Notes: generated from the sequence alone by a model not told the origin. DNA of 64,000 nucleotides from an uncultured Candidatus Entotheonella sp. (GCA_965217185.1 OZ244252.1:896001-960000), one strand, 5' to 3'. Positions 10,050-21,435 are shown, numbered from the stretch's first letter. Program-made: numbers and translations.

Positions 10050-10853
10050 ATGCTCGTTGTAAAAGTCGGTGGCGGCGAGGGCATTCCCATCGATGCCGTG
10101 TGCCAGGACGTGCGGGACCTCACGCAAGAGGGCGAGCGGCTGATTCTCGTGCACGGCGCCAGCCATGAGACGAACGTGCTCTCTGAGGCTCTGGGCAAGC
10201 CGCCGCGCTTCGTCACCTCGGTGTCGGGCATGCAGAGCCGCTACACCGACCGCGAGACGCTGATGCTGTTCTGCATGGCCTACGTCGGCAAGCTGAACAA
10301 GCTGTTCGTCGAGCGCCTGCAGCAGCTCGGGGTCAACGCCGTCGGACTGTGCGGGGCCGACGGTCGCAGTATGGAAGGCACGCGCAAGGCGGCCATCAAG
10401 GTCGTCGAGGACGGCAAGCGCCGGGTGCTGCGCGACGATTTCACGGGACGCGTCGAGCGGATCAATACCGGCCTTCTCGCCCTGCTGTTGGACAACGGCT
10501 ACACGCCGGTCCTGTGCCCGCCCGCGCTGAGTTACGAAAGCGAGATCATCAACGTCGACGGCGACCGCGCCGCCGCCGTTCTGGCGGTTGCCTGCAAGGC
10601 CGAAACCTTGGTCATGCTGTCGAACGTGCCGGGTCTGCTGCGCGATCTCGACGACACCGATTCCCTTGTCCGGCGCGTTGAACGAGACCAGCTTGACGCC
10701 GCCATGGACATCGCCCAGGGGCGCATGAAAAAGAAGGTCATGGGCGCGCGGGAGGCGCTGGAAGGCGGCGTCGGCACGGTCATCCTGGGCGACGCCCGCT
10801 TGGAACAACCCATCCGCCGGGCGCTGCAGGGGTGCGGCACGGTATTGCGTTGA
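10050..10853 (+). CDS. lysZ: LysW-aminoadipate/glutamate kinase (ArgB family)
   Basis: MLVVKVGG, ILVHGAS, NVDGDRAAA, GRMKKKV. Confidence 0.92.
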   Translation: MLVVKVGGGEGIPIDAVCQDVRDLTQEGERLILVHGASHETNVLSEALGKPPRFVTSVSGMQSRYTDRETLMLFCMAYVGKLNKLFVERLQQLGVNAVGLCGADGRSMEGTRKAAIKVVEDGKRRVLRDDFTGRVERINTGLLALLLDNGYTPVLCPPALSYESEIINVDGDRAAAVLAVACKAETLVMLSNVPGLLRDLDDTDSLVRRVERDQLDAAMDIAQGRMKKKVMGAREALEGGVGTVILGDARLEQPIRRALQGCGTVLR

Positions 10854-10864
10854 AGGGAGTTGGA

Positions 10865-12043
10865 ATGGACCGGGTGCAGGACATCGAAGAACGTTACTCA
10901 ACCGGCGTGTATGCCAAGCGCGGCGTCACGATCGTGCGCGGCGAGGGCACCCGCCTGTGGGATGCCGAGGGCACCGAATACATCGACTGCGCCAGCGGTA
11001 TGGGGGTGGCCAGCGTCGGCCACGCGCATCCCAGGGTCGCGGAAGCGCTGGCCCAACAGGCCCGGACGCTTATCACCTGCCCCGAGCTGTTTTACAACGA
11101 CCGCCGCGCCGCCCTGCTGGGAAAGCTGGCCACCGTCACCCCACCTGGCCTCGATCGCATCTTTTTATGCAACTCCGGCACCGAGGCGATTGAAGGCGCC
11201 CTGAAATTCGCCCGCGCCAGCACGAGAAAGAATGGCGTGGTGGCGGCCACCCGGGGATATCACGGCCGCACCCTGGGCGCCCTGGCGGCGACGTGGGACC
11301 CGAAGCACCGCGAGGTCGCCGGCCTGCTGCCCGAGGGCTACCGGCACGTACCCTACGATAAGCTGGCGGCGCTCGAAGAGGCGATGGACGACGACACCGC
11401 AGCGGTCCTCTTGGAGGTCGTGCAGGGTGAAGGCGGCGTGCGTCCGGCGAGCGCGGAATACTTGCAGGGCGCCCAGGCGCTTTGCCGGCACCGGGGCGTT
11501 CTGTTGATCATCGACGAAGTCCAGACGGGCTTCGGTCGTACCGGCAAGTTCTTCGCTTGCGAGCATTACGGCTTGGAGCCGGATATTCTCGCCATGGCCA
11601 AAGCGATGGCCGGCGGGCTGCCTATGGGGGCCTTTGCCATCAGCGAACGGGTTGGGCAAATCCCAAAGGGCCTGCACAGCTCGACGTTCGGCGGCAATCC
11701 CCTCGCCTGCGCCGTCGCCGCCACCGTGATTGACATCTTGCAGGAACAACGCCTGCCCGAGCATGCCGCGGAAACCGGTCGATACTTCGCCGACAGCCTG
11801 CGCGCTTTGCAGGCGCCCCAGATGCGCGACGTGCGCGGCCTCGGCCTCATGATCGGAATGGAATTGAAAGAGAAAGTCGCGCCGCACTTGCGGGCCCTGA
11901 TGGCGCGCGGCGTGCTGGCTCTGGCGGCCGGCGCCACGGTGCTGCGCTTTCTGCCGCCTTTGACGATCAGCCGCGACGAGGTCGATATGGTGGTAACGCA
12001 GGTGGCGGACGTTCTCCGTGCTGGGAAGGGACAGAAATCATGA
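10865..12043 (+). CDS. lysJ: LysW-semialdehyde aminotransferase (ArgD family, PLP)
   Basis: [39 protein letters not shown]. Confidence 0.9.
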   Translation: MDRVQDIEERYSTGVYAKRGVTIVRGEGTRLWDAEGTEYIDCASGMGVASVGHAHPRVAEALAQQARTLITCPELFYNDRRAALLGKLATVTPPGLDRIFLCNSGTEAIEGALKFARASTRKNGVVAATRGYHGRTLGALAATWDPKHREVAGLLPEGYRHVPYDKLAALEEAMDDDTAAVLLEVVQGEGGVRPASAEYLQGAQALCRHRGVLLIIDEVQTGFGRTGKFFACEHYGLEPDILAMAKAMAGGLPMGAFAISERVGQIPKGLHSSTFGGNPLACAVAATVIDILQEQRLPEHAAETGRYFADSLRALQAPQMRDVRGLGLMIGMELKEKVAPHLRALMARGVLALAAGATVLRFLPPLTISRDEVDMVVTQVADVLRAGKGQKS

Positions 12044-13425
12044 GACGCACGCGGGTTCTCGAGGCACTGAACAGCGCGCAGGCAACGGACGCCATTCTGG
12101 TCAAGGGCTGGGTGCGCACTCGGCGCGATGCGAAGGGATTGTCGTTTCTGGAACTCAATGACGGCTCGTGCCTGAAGAATCTGCAGGTCATTGTCGATGC
12201 CGTCACGCCCGCTGCCGCGGCCCTGGAAACGATCACCACCGGCGCCGCGGTCGAGGTCGAGGGCGCATTGGTCGCCTCGCCTGGCAAGAATCAGCAATGG
12301 GAAGTGCACGCCAGTGCCCTTCGGCTGCTGGGCGGCGCCGACCCGGATACCTACCCGTTGCAGAAAAAACGCCACACCGACGAGTTTTTGCGCGCCATCG
12401 CGCATCTCCGCCCGCGTACCAACAAGTACGGCGCCCTGTTCCGTATCCGCTCCGAAACGGCCTTTGCCGTGCACCAGTTCTTCCGCCAACGCGGCTTTCA
12501 TCACCTGCACGCCCCCATCATTACCGGCTCGGATTGCGAGGGAGCCGGCGAGATGTTTCGCGTCACCACCCTGCCCTTTTCCCCGCCGTCCGGCACTCCG
12601 GAGCGGCCGGACGTGGCGGACGACTTTTTCGGCAAGGAAGCCAACCTCACCGTGTCCGGGCAACTGGAGGCCGAGCTGTTCGCCTGCGCGCTGGGCAACG
12701 TGTACACCTTCGGGCCGACGTTCCGGGCGGAAAATTCCAACACCCCGCGGCACGCTGCCGAGTTCTGGATGATCGAGCCGGAAATGGCGTTCGCCGATCT
12801 GGAAGACGACATGGACCTGGGCGAGGACCTCGTGAAGAGCCTGGTGAACCATGTCCTGGTGGAGTGCGCCGCTGACCTGGAGTTGTTCGCTCGCTTTGTC
12901 GATCCCGACCTGATGGCGAACCTGCGCACCATTGCCGAGGAATCCTACGTGCGCATGCCGTACAGCGAGGCCATCGCTGTCCTGCAGCGTTCAGGCAAGT
13001 CGTTCCAGTTTCCGGTTGAATACGGGGTGGATTTGCAAACCGAGCACGAACGTTACCTGACGGAGGAGTACTGCAAGAAGCCGGTGATGGTGCACGACTA
13101 CCCCAGGGAGATTAAATCCTTTTACATGCGTCTGAACGACGACGGCCAGACGGTGGCGGCCATGGACCTGCTGGTGCCGCGCATCGGTGAGCTTATCGGG
13201 GGGAGTCAGCGTGAGGAGCGCTTGGAGGTGCTCGAACGGCGCCTCGACGAGTTTGGCCTGCGGCCGGAAGACTATTGGTGGTATCTCGACATCCGACGTT
13301 TCGGCACGACCCCGCATGCCGGTTTCGGGCTGGGCTTTGAACGCTTTCTGATGATGGTCACCGGCGTCACGAACATCCGCGACGTCATCCCCTTCCCTCG
13401 CACACCCAAGCACCTGGAGTTCTGA
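12040..13425 (+). CDS. asnS: Asparaginyl-tRNA synthetase
   Basis: [42 protein letters not shown]. Confidence 0.96.
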   Translation: MRRTRVLEALNSAQATDAILVKGWVRTRRDAKGLSFLELNDGSCLKNLQVIVDAVTPAAAALETITTGAAVEVEGALVASPGKNQQWEVHASALRLLGGADPDTYPLQKKRHTDEFLRAIAHLRPRTNKYGALFRIRSETAFAVHQFFRQRGFHHLHAPIITGSDCEGAGEMFRVTTLPFSPPSGTPERPDVADDFFGKEANLTVSGQLEAELFACALGNVYTFGPTFRAENSNTPRHAAEFWMIEPEMAFADLEDDMDLGEDLVKSLVNHVLVECAADLELFARFVDPDLMANLRTIAEESYVRMPYSEAIAVLQRSGKSFQFPVEYGVDLQTEHERYLTEEYCKKPVMVHDYPREIKSFYMRLNDDGQTVAAMDLLVPRIGELIGGSQREERLEVLERRLDEFGLRPEDYWWYLDIRRFGTTPHAGFGLGFERFLMMVTGVTNIRDVIPFPRTPKHLEF

Positions 13426-13439
13426 CCAGCCAAGCCGGT

Positions 13440-15725
13440 CTACGACGCACGAAACGTCAGCGCCAAGTCGTTCTTCCTCACCTTGGCGACCGCTCGGCCT
13501 CCCTCTTGCAGGTCCCCGAACAGAATCGCTTCCGACAACGGCTCCGTGATGCGCTGCTGGATCAACCGAGCCATCGGGCGGGCGCCGTGGAAGCGGTCGA
13601 AACCTTCCTGCGCCAGCCAGTGCCGCGCCGCGTCCGTCAGGTCCAGGCTCACCTGCTTCTCGACAAGCTTGCCGCGCAGCTCGTCGATAAACTTGTCAAC
13701 CACACGCTCCACGTCCGCTAAGGCAAGCGCGTTGAACTGAATCCAGGCGTCGAGGCGATTGCGGAACTCAGGGCTGAAGGTGCGCTCAATCGCGGTCTTG
13801 GCTTTCGCTGCCGTTCTACCCGGGTCGCCGTCACTGCGTTTCGCGCCGGTGGCACGAAAGCCGATCTCCTCGCTGGCGATTTCACGGGCGCCGGCGTTGG
13901 TAGTCATGATGACGATGACGTTGCGGAAGTCCGCCTTCTTGCCGTTGTTGTCCGTCAGGGTGGCGTGGTCCATCACCTGCAACAGCAGGTTGAACACGTC
14001 GGGATGCGCCTTCTCGATCTCGTCCAGTATCAGAACGGCGTGCGGCGTTTTCACGACGGCGTCGGTCAGCAGCCCGCCCTGGTCGAAGCCGACGTAACCC
14101 GGCGGCGCCCCGATCAGGCGCGACACGGTGTGTTTCTCCATATACTCGCTCATGTCGAAGCGAATGAAGCTGACACCGAGTACAGCGGCGAGTTGCCTGG
14201 CGAGCTCGGTCTTGCCCACCCCGGTGGGTCCGGCAAACAGAAACGAGCCGATCGGTTTCGTTGCCGCGCCCAGCCCGGAGCGCGACAGCTTCACCGCCCT
14301 GACGACCCGCCCAATGGCGTGGTCCTGCCCGTAAATGACGCCCTTCAGCCCCTTTTCCAAATTGGCGAGACGGTCTTTGTCCGAACCCGACACGGAGCGG
14401 GCGGGAATTCTGGCCATGCCGGCGACCACTCCCTCGATGTCCGATACGGTAATCTCCATGCCAACCCGTTCGCCCTCAGGCAGGAGCTTCACCGCCGCAC
14501 CCGCTTCGTCAATCACGTCGATGGCCTTGTCCGGCAGAAAGCGGTCGGCGATGTGCTTGGCGGACAGTTCAGCCGCCGCTGCCAGGGCCTCATCGCTGTA
14601 CGTGATGCCGTGATGGCTCTCGTAATAACCCCGCAGCCCATGCAGGATGCGTTCGGTATCCGCCACGGAAGGCTCGTCGATGTCGATCTTCTGAAACCGC
14701 CGGCCGAGCGCCTTGTCGCGTTCGAAGGAGGCTTTGTATTCGGGAAAGGTGGTCGAGCCGATGCACCGCAATTCGCCGCCGGCCAAGGCGGGCTTGAGCA
14801 GGTTCGAGGCGTCCATCATGCCGCCCTCCACCGCGCCGGCGCGCACGATGGTGTGGATTTCGTCGATGAACAGAATGGCGCCCGGTTTGTCACGCAGCGC
14901 TTTGAGGACGGCTTTGAGGCGCTGCTCGAACTGGCCGCGGTACTGGGCACCGGCGATGAGCGCGCCCAAATCGAGGGCGTAAACCTCAACGTCGCGTAGG
15001 GCTTCCGGGACCTCGCCGCGTTGAATCTTGAGGGCCAAGCCCTCGGCGACCGCCGTTTTGCCGACGCCCGGCTCGCCGACGTACACCGGGTTGTTCTTGC
15101 GGCGGCGGCACAATACCTGAATGGTGCGTTTGATTTCCGCCTCGCGTCCGATGAGCGGGTCGATGCCGTTCTTCTCGGCCAGCTCGATCAGATTGACCGT
15201 AAAGGCGGCCAACGGATCGCGCGCCGGGCGTTCGGCGCCGGCCTGGCCGTCGGGAGTTGCGGGCTCCGCTGCGTCGTCCTCTTCCTCAACGTCGCGTTTG
15301 GAAATGCCGTGGGAAATGTAATTCAGAACATCCAACTTGCTGATGCCCTGATTGGCCAGCAGGTAAACGGCGTGCGAGCGCGTTTCCTGAAACATCGCCG
15401 CCAGGACGTTGCCGCCGTCAATCGCCGGCTGGCCCGAGCCCTGCGCTTGCAGCAACGCGCGCTGCAGAACGCGCTCGAATGCGGCCGTCGGCTCCGGCGC
15501 CGCCTGGACCCCGGCGGGCAAGGGCTGCAAGTGCTCCGCCATGAATGCCTCCAAGGCGCGCCTGAGTTGCGCAACATCACCCCCGCAGTGGTGGATCACG
15601 TTCTGGCTGGTGGGGTCATCGAGCAATGCGTGCAGGATGTGCTCTAGCGTGATGTATTCGTGATGCTGCCGCGCCGCCGCGTGGCTGGCTGCTCGGAGCG
15701 AGCGTTGCAGTTCATGCGTCAGCAT
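13440..15725 (-). CDS. clpA: ATP-dependent Clp protease ATPase subunit ClpA
   Basis: Two AAA+ modules ([16 protein letters not shown]), [11 protein letters not shown], no ClpB M-domain, downstream of clpS. Confidence 0.95.
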   Translation of the reverse strand: MLTHELQRSLRAASHAAARQHHEYITLEHILHALLDDPTSQNVIHHCGGDVAQLRRALEAFMAEHLQPLPAGVQAAPEPTAAFERVLQRALLQAQGSGQPAIDGGNVLAAMFQETRSHAVYLLANQGISKLDVLNYISHGISKRDVEEEDDAAEPATPDGQAGAERPARDPLAAFTVNLIELAEKNGIDPLIGREAEIKRTIQVLCRRRKNNPVYVGEPGVGKTAVAEGLALKIQRGEVPEALRDVEVYALDLGALIAGAQYRGQFEQRLKAVLKALRDKPGAILFIDEIHTIVRAGAVEGGMMDASNLLKPALAGGELRCIGSTTFPEYKASFERDKALGRRFQKIDIDEPSVADTERILHGLRGYYESHHGITYSDEALAAAAELSAKHIADRFLPDKAIDVIDEAGAAVKLLPEGERVGMEITVSDIEGVVAGMARIPARSVSGSDKDRLANLEKGLKGVIYGQDHAIGRVVRAVKLSRSGLGAATKPIGSFLFAGPTGVGKTELARQLAAVLGVSFIRFDMSEYMEKHTVSRLIGAPPGYVGFDQGGLLTDAVVKTPHAVLILDEIEKAHPDVFNLLLQVMDHATLTDNNGKKADFRNVIVIMTTNAGAREIASEEIGFRATGAKRSDGDPGRTAAKAKTAIERTFSPEFRNRLDAWIQFNALALADVERVVDKFIDELRGKLVEKQVSLDLTDAARHWLAQEGFDRFHGARPMARLIQQRITEPLSEAILFGDLQEGGRAVAKVRKNDLALTFRAS

Positions 15726-15762
15726 CGTGTGGTAGTCCGTGTGCCGCTTCCGGCCATCATGC

Positions 15763-16092
15763 TTACTCCTGTTCGAGGGTGCACAGCAGCGGATAATCCT
15801 GTGCCCCGGCGAGTTCCGTGACCTTGTTCACTTTGGCCTCGGCGATTTCGTAAGGGTAGACGCCCGCCACGCCGACGCCCTGATGATGCACCGCCAGCAT
15901 GATCTGCAGCGCGTCCGGCTCCGGGCGGTGAAAAACGTACTGCAGAATGTCGACCACGAATTCCATGGTGGTGAAGTCGTCGTTGTGCAGCAGGACTTTG
16001 AACAAGGGCGGTTTTTCGATCTGCTTGGCGGTCTCGGCGAGCGTCCCGACGCCGTGGCCGGGGGTGCCGTCTTCTTCCCAATCCGGCATCAT
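15763..16092 (-). CDS. clpS: Clp protease adaptor ClpS
   Basis: PPLFKVLLHNDDFTTMEFVV...IMLAVHHQG...YPLLCTLE, with a GGAGG RBS. Confidence 0.95.
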   Translation of the reverse strand: MMPDWEEDGTPGHGVGTLAETAKQIEKPPLFKVLLHNDDFTTMEFVVDILQYVFHRPEPDALQIMLAVHHQGVGVAGVYPYEIAEAKVNKVTELAGAQDYPLLCTLEQE

Positions 16093-16220
16093 CAAACCTC
16101 CAGGTTGTGGCCTTAAGCGGCGGGAATTCTTGCAGGCGCGAGGCAAAATTTCAACCGCCCGCACCCCATGCTATGATGCCGCGCTTGCCATCGAAACCCC
16201 TTAACCGAAGGAGGCGCGAC

Positions 16221-17159
16221 ATGCAGTTTGGCCTGGGATTGCCCCACAGCGGGGACGGCGTTCAGGGCGCCAAAATCATCGAGTTTGCTCAACGCGCCGA
16301 GGCGCTTGGCTTTGAATCGCTGTGGTGCGGCGACCATATTCTACTGCCCACCGCAGGTACCAACCAGTATCCCTACACGGCTGACGGCTCATTTCCTCGC
16401 GATGCGAGCGTCGGCTTCCTGGAAACCCTCAGCGTGCTGTGTTACGTGGCCGCGGTCACCGAGCGCATCCGCCTGGGCAGCACGGTCATCATTCTGCCCT
16501 ACCGCAACCCCATCGTGCAGGCCAAGGTGTTTGCCACCCTGGACGTGTTGAGCGGCGGCCGGGCGATCTGCGGGGTCGGCGTCGGCTGGCTCGAAAAGGA
16601 GTTCCAGAGCCTCGGGGTTCCATACGCCGAGCGCGGGCCCATGAGCGACGAATTCCTCCGCATCTTCCACACGTTATGGAATGACGAGCACCCGGAATTT
16701 CACGGCAAATTCTATCAGTTCGATGGCATGCAGTTTCAGCCCAAGCCGGTCCAGAACCCCCTGCCCATCTGGGTCGGCGGCCATAGCCGGCGCGCCATCC
16801 GACGCACCATCGCGTACGGCCAGGCTTGGCACCCGACGCGCCAGACACCCGCCTACGTACTCGAATACCTCCCTTATTTGCGCGAAGAGGCGGAACGCGC
16901 CGGCCGCGACCCGGACAGCATCACCATTTCCCTCAAGCGCAGCCTCCACATCACCGACATCGGCCTGACCGGCGAGGCCGCCTTCCGTTCCGGTAACGCT
17001 CTGATCGGCGCCACGCAGGACATTATTGACGATGCCCGCCGCTGCCAGGACATGGGCATTCACCAACTCACCTACGACTTTCGCACCGACGACGTCGCGC
17101 AGCAGATCGCCATCATCGAGCAGATCGCCGACCGTGTGATGCCAACCGTAGCGGCGTGA
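16221..17159 (+). CDS. LLM-class (probably F420-dependent) oxidoreductase
   Basis: MQFGLGLP, SLWCGDHIL, TLDVLSGGR, PKPVQNPLPIWVGG. Confidence 0.85.
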   Translation: MQFGLGLPHSGDGVQGAKIIEFAQRAEALGFESLWCGDHILLPTAGTNQYPYTADGSFPRDASVGFLETLSVLCYVAAVTERIRLGSTVIILPYRNPIVQAKVFATLDVLSGGRAICGVGVGWLEKEFQSLGVPYAERGPMSDEFLRIFHTLWNDEHPEFHGKFYQFDGMQFQPKPVQNPLPIWVGGHSRRAIRRTIAYGQAWHPTRQTPAYVLEYLPYLREEAERAGRDPDSITISLKRSLHITDIGLTGEAAFRSGNALIGATQDIIDDARRCQDMGIHQLTYDFRTDDVAQQIAIIEQIADRVMPTVAA

Positions 17160-17214
17160 TCCGGCTGTCACGAATCCCTCCCCGCGACCTGTCGTGGCTG
17201 GTGTTTACGCTAAT

Positions 17215-17259
17215 TTTACTATGTGGCACGGAATTATATGTTCCGTGCCACATAGTAAA
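17215..17259. repeat. Perfect 19-bp inverted repeat
   Basis: TTTACTATGTGGCACGGAA-ttatatg-TTCCGTGCCACATAGTAAA. Confidence 0.9.
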
Positions 17260-17455
17260 CACGCCAAAATATGAGCCATGAACGACAAACGACCCGCGCC
17301 TTGCCTGTCGGCGTTCAGATGGGGTCCTCGTCGCCTTTGTTTGGTGGGAGCGAACGGACTCCTTTCGCAGTAATCGCCGACGGCCTTCCCATGGCCACGC
17401 ACAAAAGGAATACAGTTCTCCAAGCCGTAATCTTTGAAATGATGAGTCGTCGATC

Positions 17456-17548
17456 CGTCACTCCAGCGGAAGCCGGAATCCAGGTTCTTCGGTAGCCAGG
17501 AACCCGTCCCGTCCTTGGGCAGTGGATTCGGCATACGCCGGAATGACG
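17456..17548. repeat. Palindromic element (GTCATTCCCGCG-N-GGGAATCCA type)
   Basis: CGTCACTCCAGCGGAAGCCGGAATCCA...TGGATTCGGCATACGCCGGAATGACG. A related copy lies at 35359. Confidence 0.7.
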
Positions 17549-17757
17549 ACTTGAAGGCATTGGCTACGCCGTCCTTTTCGATTAGATACAGGAATGTTCT
17601 AGTTCCCTATCGGTGGCGCTGGAGACCGTTTGCTGGCACGATGGAGCGCCTCGGGAAAGAATTGAACAAACATTGCGCGGAGGCAGGGATCGGATTGCCG
17701 GAAAGTGATGCAGACGCGGAAGATACTAATGTGCCTTGTATGGCGTATAACATTGCG

Positions 17758-18891
17758 TTATATGTCATACAATGAGCGAATATCTGAATCCTTTTCTGTA
17801 AGGCTGAGCAGGCCGGGAAAGCCGAGCAACGCTGGCCGGCGTCCATTGGCGGCTCGGATCTCCTGCAGAATCCCTTCCTCCATCAGCGTGCCGAGTAACC
17901 GGTGCGCCGTCCGCTTAGGCACCCCTGCTGCGGTGGTGAAGTCCGAACTGCGCACGACCGGATGGCCGAATAACCACGTCAGGGCATCAACGGTATTTGG
18001 AGAACGGGTGATGACGGAGAAGTGGCGGGTGGTTCGGTCATAGAGATCGAAGATCTCCTGTGCCTTTGCCAAATTGTCTTCGGCCTGCATTCGTAATGCT
18101 TCGAGAAAGTAGCGGCACCAGGTTGTCCAGTCCCCGTCGCGGAAAATCGCCAACAATCCGTCGTAATACAGGTCGCGTCGTTCCTCGAGGCAGGCGCTGA
18201 TATAGAAGACCGGCCGCCGAATCATCCCCTGATGCCACAGAAACAGGGGTACAAGCATGCGCCCAAGGCGTCCGTTGCCTTCTGCAAACGGATGCAACGC
18301 CTCGAATTCCGCGTGCAGAATGGCAAGCTGAATCAGACGATCCGGTACCGTTTCGTGAATATAGCGCTCCCATCTGGCAACGCCGTCCGGCAACTCGTCT
18401 GCGTCGATGGGGACGTAGGCGCCCCTCTCGGACGAGGCACCGGGGCGTCCGACTCGACTGGGGCCACGTCGCAGTTCACCGGGCGCTTGTTCGGTTCGTT
18501 GTGTGCCACTTAGCAGCGTCCGGTGGGCCGCGCGGATGACACCCAGGCAGAGTGGCAACTCCGCCAGCATTTGCTCTGCCCGGTGTAGTGCTAAATGATA
18601 GTTTAGCGTCTGCTCAACGTCGCGGCGCAACGCCGGCGAATCGACTTTCTGCCCGGCCTCGAATTCCAGCACCTCGCCCAGAGTCGCCCGCCCGCCGTCC
18701 ATGCGGGAGGAGATAACGGCTTCCCGGAGGGATAGAAGGGTCAGCAGATTGTCGGGATCTGGAAAGGCGGCAAGCAATCCATCGTAGCGTGCCACAGAAG
18801 CAGCCGTGGGGCCGATGAGCGGGATCAATTGTGCCCAATCCAGGCAGTCTTGAGGCGGAAAAGCCCCTGGCCGATAGTGAACGGGTAGCAT
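17758..18891 (-). CDS. Fic family protein (with N-terminal DUF4172-like and C-terminal HTH regions)
   Basis: Fic motif HPFAEGNGRLGR; REAVISSRMDG. Confidence 0.9.
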   Translation of the reverse strand: MLPVHYRPGAFPPQDCLDWAQLIPLIGPTAASVARYDGLLAAFPDPDNLLTLLSLREAVISSRMDGGRATLGEVLEFEAGQKVDSPALRRDVEQTLNYHLALHRAEQMLAELPLCLGVIRAAHRTLLSGTQRTEQAPGELRRGPSRVGRPGASSERGAYVPIDADELPDGVARWERYIHETVPDRLIQLAILHAEFEALHPFAEGNGRLGRMLVPLFLWHQGMIRRPVFYISACLEERRDLYYDGLLAIFRDGDWTTWCRYFLEALRMQAEDNLAKAQEIFDLYDRTTRHFSVITRSPNTVDALTWLFGHPVVRSSDFTTAAGVPKRTAHRLLGTLMEEGILQEIRAANGRRPALLGFPGLLSLTEKDSDIRSLYDI

Positions 18892-18922
18892 CGGGTTTCT
18901 TCTCCGAGGATGGGTTTGGCGG

Positions 18923-21274
18923 CTACACGTCTTCTGTTTTGACCACCGCCTTGCCGTATAGGTCGGCGATGGCGTCCTCAGTATAGCCAACTTCCCGGAG
19001 CATGTCTTGCGTGTGCTGGCCCAGCAGCGGGGTGGGTTTGCCGGGCACGACGGGGGTGTTGCCGAATTGCACGTAATGCCCCGCAACCAGCATGTGGCCA
19101 ACAACAGGGTGATCGTATGCCAAAACCATGCGGTTATCGGTGGCATGTGGGTCATCAAGAAAGACTTCGCTGTCGCCGCCGACAACGGGAGCGCAAGGGA
19201 TGTTTGCGGACCGTAGCCGCTTCACGGCCTCCCTCAGGCACAGGTCAGCGAAACCCTGGGCCAGGGCGTCGGCCGGCGGGGCGGCGCTGGGATGCCCCTC
19301 CCCTCCCCTTGTTAAGCCACTTAGTTTCTCTGGGTTCACCTCGCAACCCAAGGCTTCGCACAGGGCTTGCCGGGCGGCGGGTGCATCCGCGGCAACATAC
19401 AGCCAGCCATCCTTTACTTCATATAGGCGATGAAACGCCGTCAGGCCGTACTGGCCCTTGTCAGCCAGGGGACGCGCGGGTTTGCCCTCGTAGCGCGTGA
19501 ACCACTCGGAAGTCAGCATGATGCCGCCGTTGAGCAGGTTGGTATCGACGCGCTGCACCTGGCCGGTGCGCTCGCGGACGAACAGGGCCAGGATGGTGCC
19601 GTACGCGCCCATCGCACCGGCGGTGTAATCGGTGGGTGCCAGTTGGGCGGGGAAAACGGGCGGGTTTTCGGCACCGCCTTGCGCGCGTGACAGACCCATG
19701 AGGGCTTGCGACAGCGGATCGATGCCGGGCCGGTGGGCGTAGGGGCCCGTGGCGCCGAAACCGGTCACGTGCGTTTCGATCAGGCGCGGGTTCAATTCCC
19801 GCAAGTTGTCCGGCCCCAGGCCCATGCGCGCCGTGGCGCCGGGGCGCAGGTTGGCCAGCATGACGTCCGCAGTCGCCGCCACTTTCTGCGCCACGGTCTT
19901 GCCGTCCGGCTCACGCGTGTTGAGGCAGAGGGAGCGTTTGTTGACGTTGACGTTGAAGAAATACGTACGGCCGAGGGGGCGCGAAATGTCGCCGGCGTGG
20001 GGTTCCACTTTGATGACGTCGGCGCCCAGGTCGGCAAGCAGGCGCCCGGCGATGGGGCCGGCGATCAGATTGGTGATCTCCAATACGCGGACGTCTTTCA
20101 AGGGCAGGTCGAATTCCGTTTCGGACAACGGGGTGGACGATACAGTCGCCGGGGTTGAGGCATCCTCGGGCAGGTCGGATGACGACGCGTCGGGTAGCGT
20201 GCGCGGCCCCTGAATGCGTCCGGGCGTCTGCGAAAGTTGGACGGGCACGCCCATTTGCGCCAGCGAGCCGACCTCGGGGTCAGCCAGCGTCTCGACCATG
20301 CCGTTAGCCTGCACCTGCGGGTCGTTCAAGCCCTCTTCGGTGGTCCGCGCCAGAGCGTATGGCACGTCGGCGTCCTCGAAGCAGTTGGCCCAGTGGGCGT
20401 AAGGCTGCGTCACGACCGCTTCGGCAATGCGTGCCCGCAGGTCGAGGTCCGCCTCCGGGGACACCGGGATTTGCCCGCCGCCGTAGCGCGGGTCGTCGAG
20501 TACGTCAGCAATGCCCATGACCCTCGCCGCGGTTTGGATGAAGCCAAGGTGCACGCAGCCCAGTTGCACCCAGTTGCCGTCGGCGCAGGCGTAAACGCTG
20601 TAGAACGGCCCGCTGCCGGCCGGGTGGGTCTGAAAAGGCCGCGGTTCCAGGTTCTGCGCCACCACTTTCGGCTGATACAGCAGGGATCCCGCCATCAGGG
20701 ACGTTTCCACGGTCCGTCCCCTACCCGTCTTCTCTCTGGCCAGCAAGGCCGCCGCGATGCCAATGACGGCGAAAAGCGCCGCTCCGACGCTGGGCAGCGG
20801 ATGCACCACGTGTACGGGCCCGGGGCGATAACCGGGCATGGTTTCCAGGATGCCCATGCGTGCCATCACGAGTTCGTCGATTGCCGGTTCGTCTTTAAGC
20901 GGGCCGTGCTTGCCGTAGGCGGTGATGGAGCATTGAATCAGCCGGGGATTGAGGGCGGCAAGCCAATCAGGCCGCACCAGAGCTTGCTGGTCGGATGAAG
21001 GCGGGAAGTCTTCGAGCACAACGTCGGCACTGCGGATCAGGCGTTCATAGGCCGCCGCGTGCGGATGTGCCGAGGTGACCTGCGACAAGTCCAACCGGCG
21101 GCATACCTTGCCGCGGTCCCATACCAGATAGCCGCCGCGCCGCATGGCGGGCGCGCCGCTGTCGAGCAGCCGGATGACCCGGGCGCCGTGGTCGCAAAGA
21201 AACATGCCGGCCATGGCCCCTGCCGGACTGTGGCTCAGTTCCAACACCGTGATGCCATCCAACGCGCTCGCCAT
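18923..21274 (-). CDS. Double-domain CaiB/BaiF family III CoA-transferase
   Basis: Two CoA_transf_3 repeats (LDGITVLEL...; LKDVRVLEI...ADLGADVIKVEP), C-terminal PLLGQHT. Confidence 0.9.
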   Translation of the reverse strand: MASALDGITVLELSHSPAGAMAGMFLCDHGARVIRLLDSGAPAMRRGGYLVWDRGKVCRRLDLSQVTSAHPHAAAYERLIRSADVVLEDFPPSSDQQALVRPDWLAALNPRLIQCSITAYGKHGPLKDEPAIDELVMARMGILETMPGYRPGPVHVVHPLPSVGAALFAVIGIAAALLAREKTGRGRTVETSLMAGSLLYQPKVVAQNLEPRPFQTHPAGSGPFYSVYACADGNWVQLGCVHLGFIQTAARVMGIADVLDDPRYGGGQIPVSPEADLDLRARIAEAVVTQPYAHWANCFEDADVPYALARTTEEGLNDPQVQANGMVETLADPEVGSLAQMGVPVQLSQTPGRIQGPRTLPDASSSDLPEDASTPATVSSTPLSETEFDLPLKDVRVLEITNLIAGPIAGRLLADLGADVIKVEPHAGDISRPLGRTYFFNVNVNKRSLCLNTREPDGKTVAQKVAATADVMLANLRPGATARMGLGPDNLRELNPRLIETHVTGFGATGPYAHRPGIDPLSQALMGLSRAQGGAENPPVFPAQLAPTDYTAGAMGAYGTILALFVRERTGQVQRVDTNLLNGGIMLTSEWFTRYEGKPARPLADKGQYGLTAFHRLYEVKDGWLYVAADAPAARQALCEALGCEVNPEKLSGLTRGGEGHPSAAPPADALAQGFADLCLREAVKRLRSANIPCAPVVGGDSEVFLDDPHATDNRMVLAYDHPVVGHMLVAGHYVQFGNTPVVPGKPTPLLGQHTQDMLREVGYTEDAIADLYGKAVVKTEDV

Positions 21275-21417
21275 GTGTGTGCTGTCTCCCGCATTGTTCT
21301 TGCGTATTGAGAATTGGTTCGATCCCAAAGAGGCTCATTTTCGACGCTTAGGAATTCGGGTGTCAAGGATTTCCGGCGTGGGGCCTTGGGTCTGCGGAAG
21401 TCCTACGATGGCTTCGT

Positions 21418-21435
21418 GTTATATTTTTCTATAAC
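21418..21435. promoter_or_regulatory. TA operator palindrome
   Basis: GTTATA-TTTTTC-TATAAC, 50 bp upstream of the antitoxin gene. Confidence 0.65.

Noticed and set aside
17223..17240. TGGCACG as a sigma54 promoter
   Set aside because: No TTGC at -12, and it is part of a palindrome arm.
17620..17700. RPFAGTMERLGKELNKHCAEA resembles an HsdM C-terminus next to the Fic gene
   Set aside because: Too short and degenerate to support without a search.
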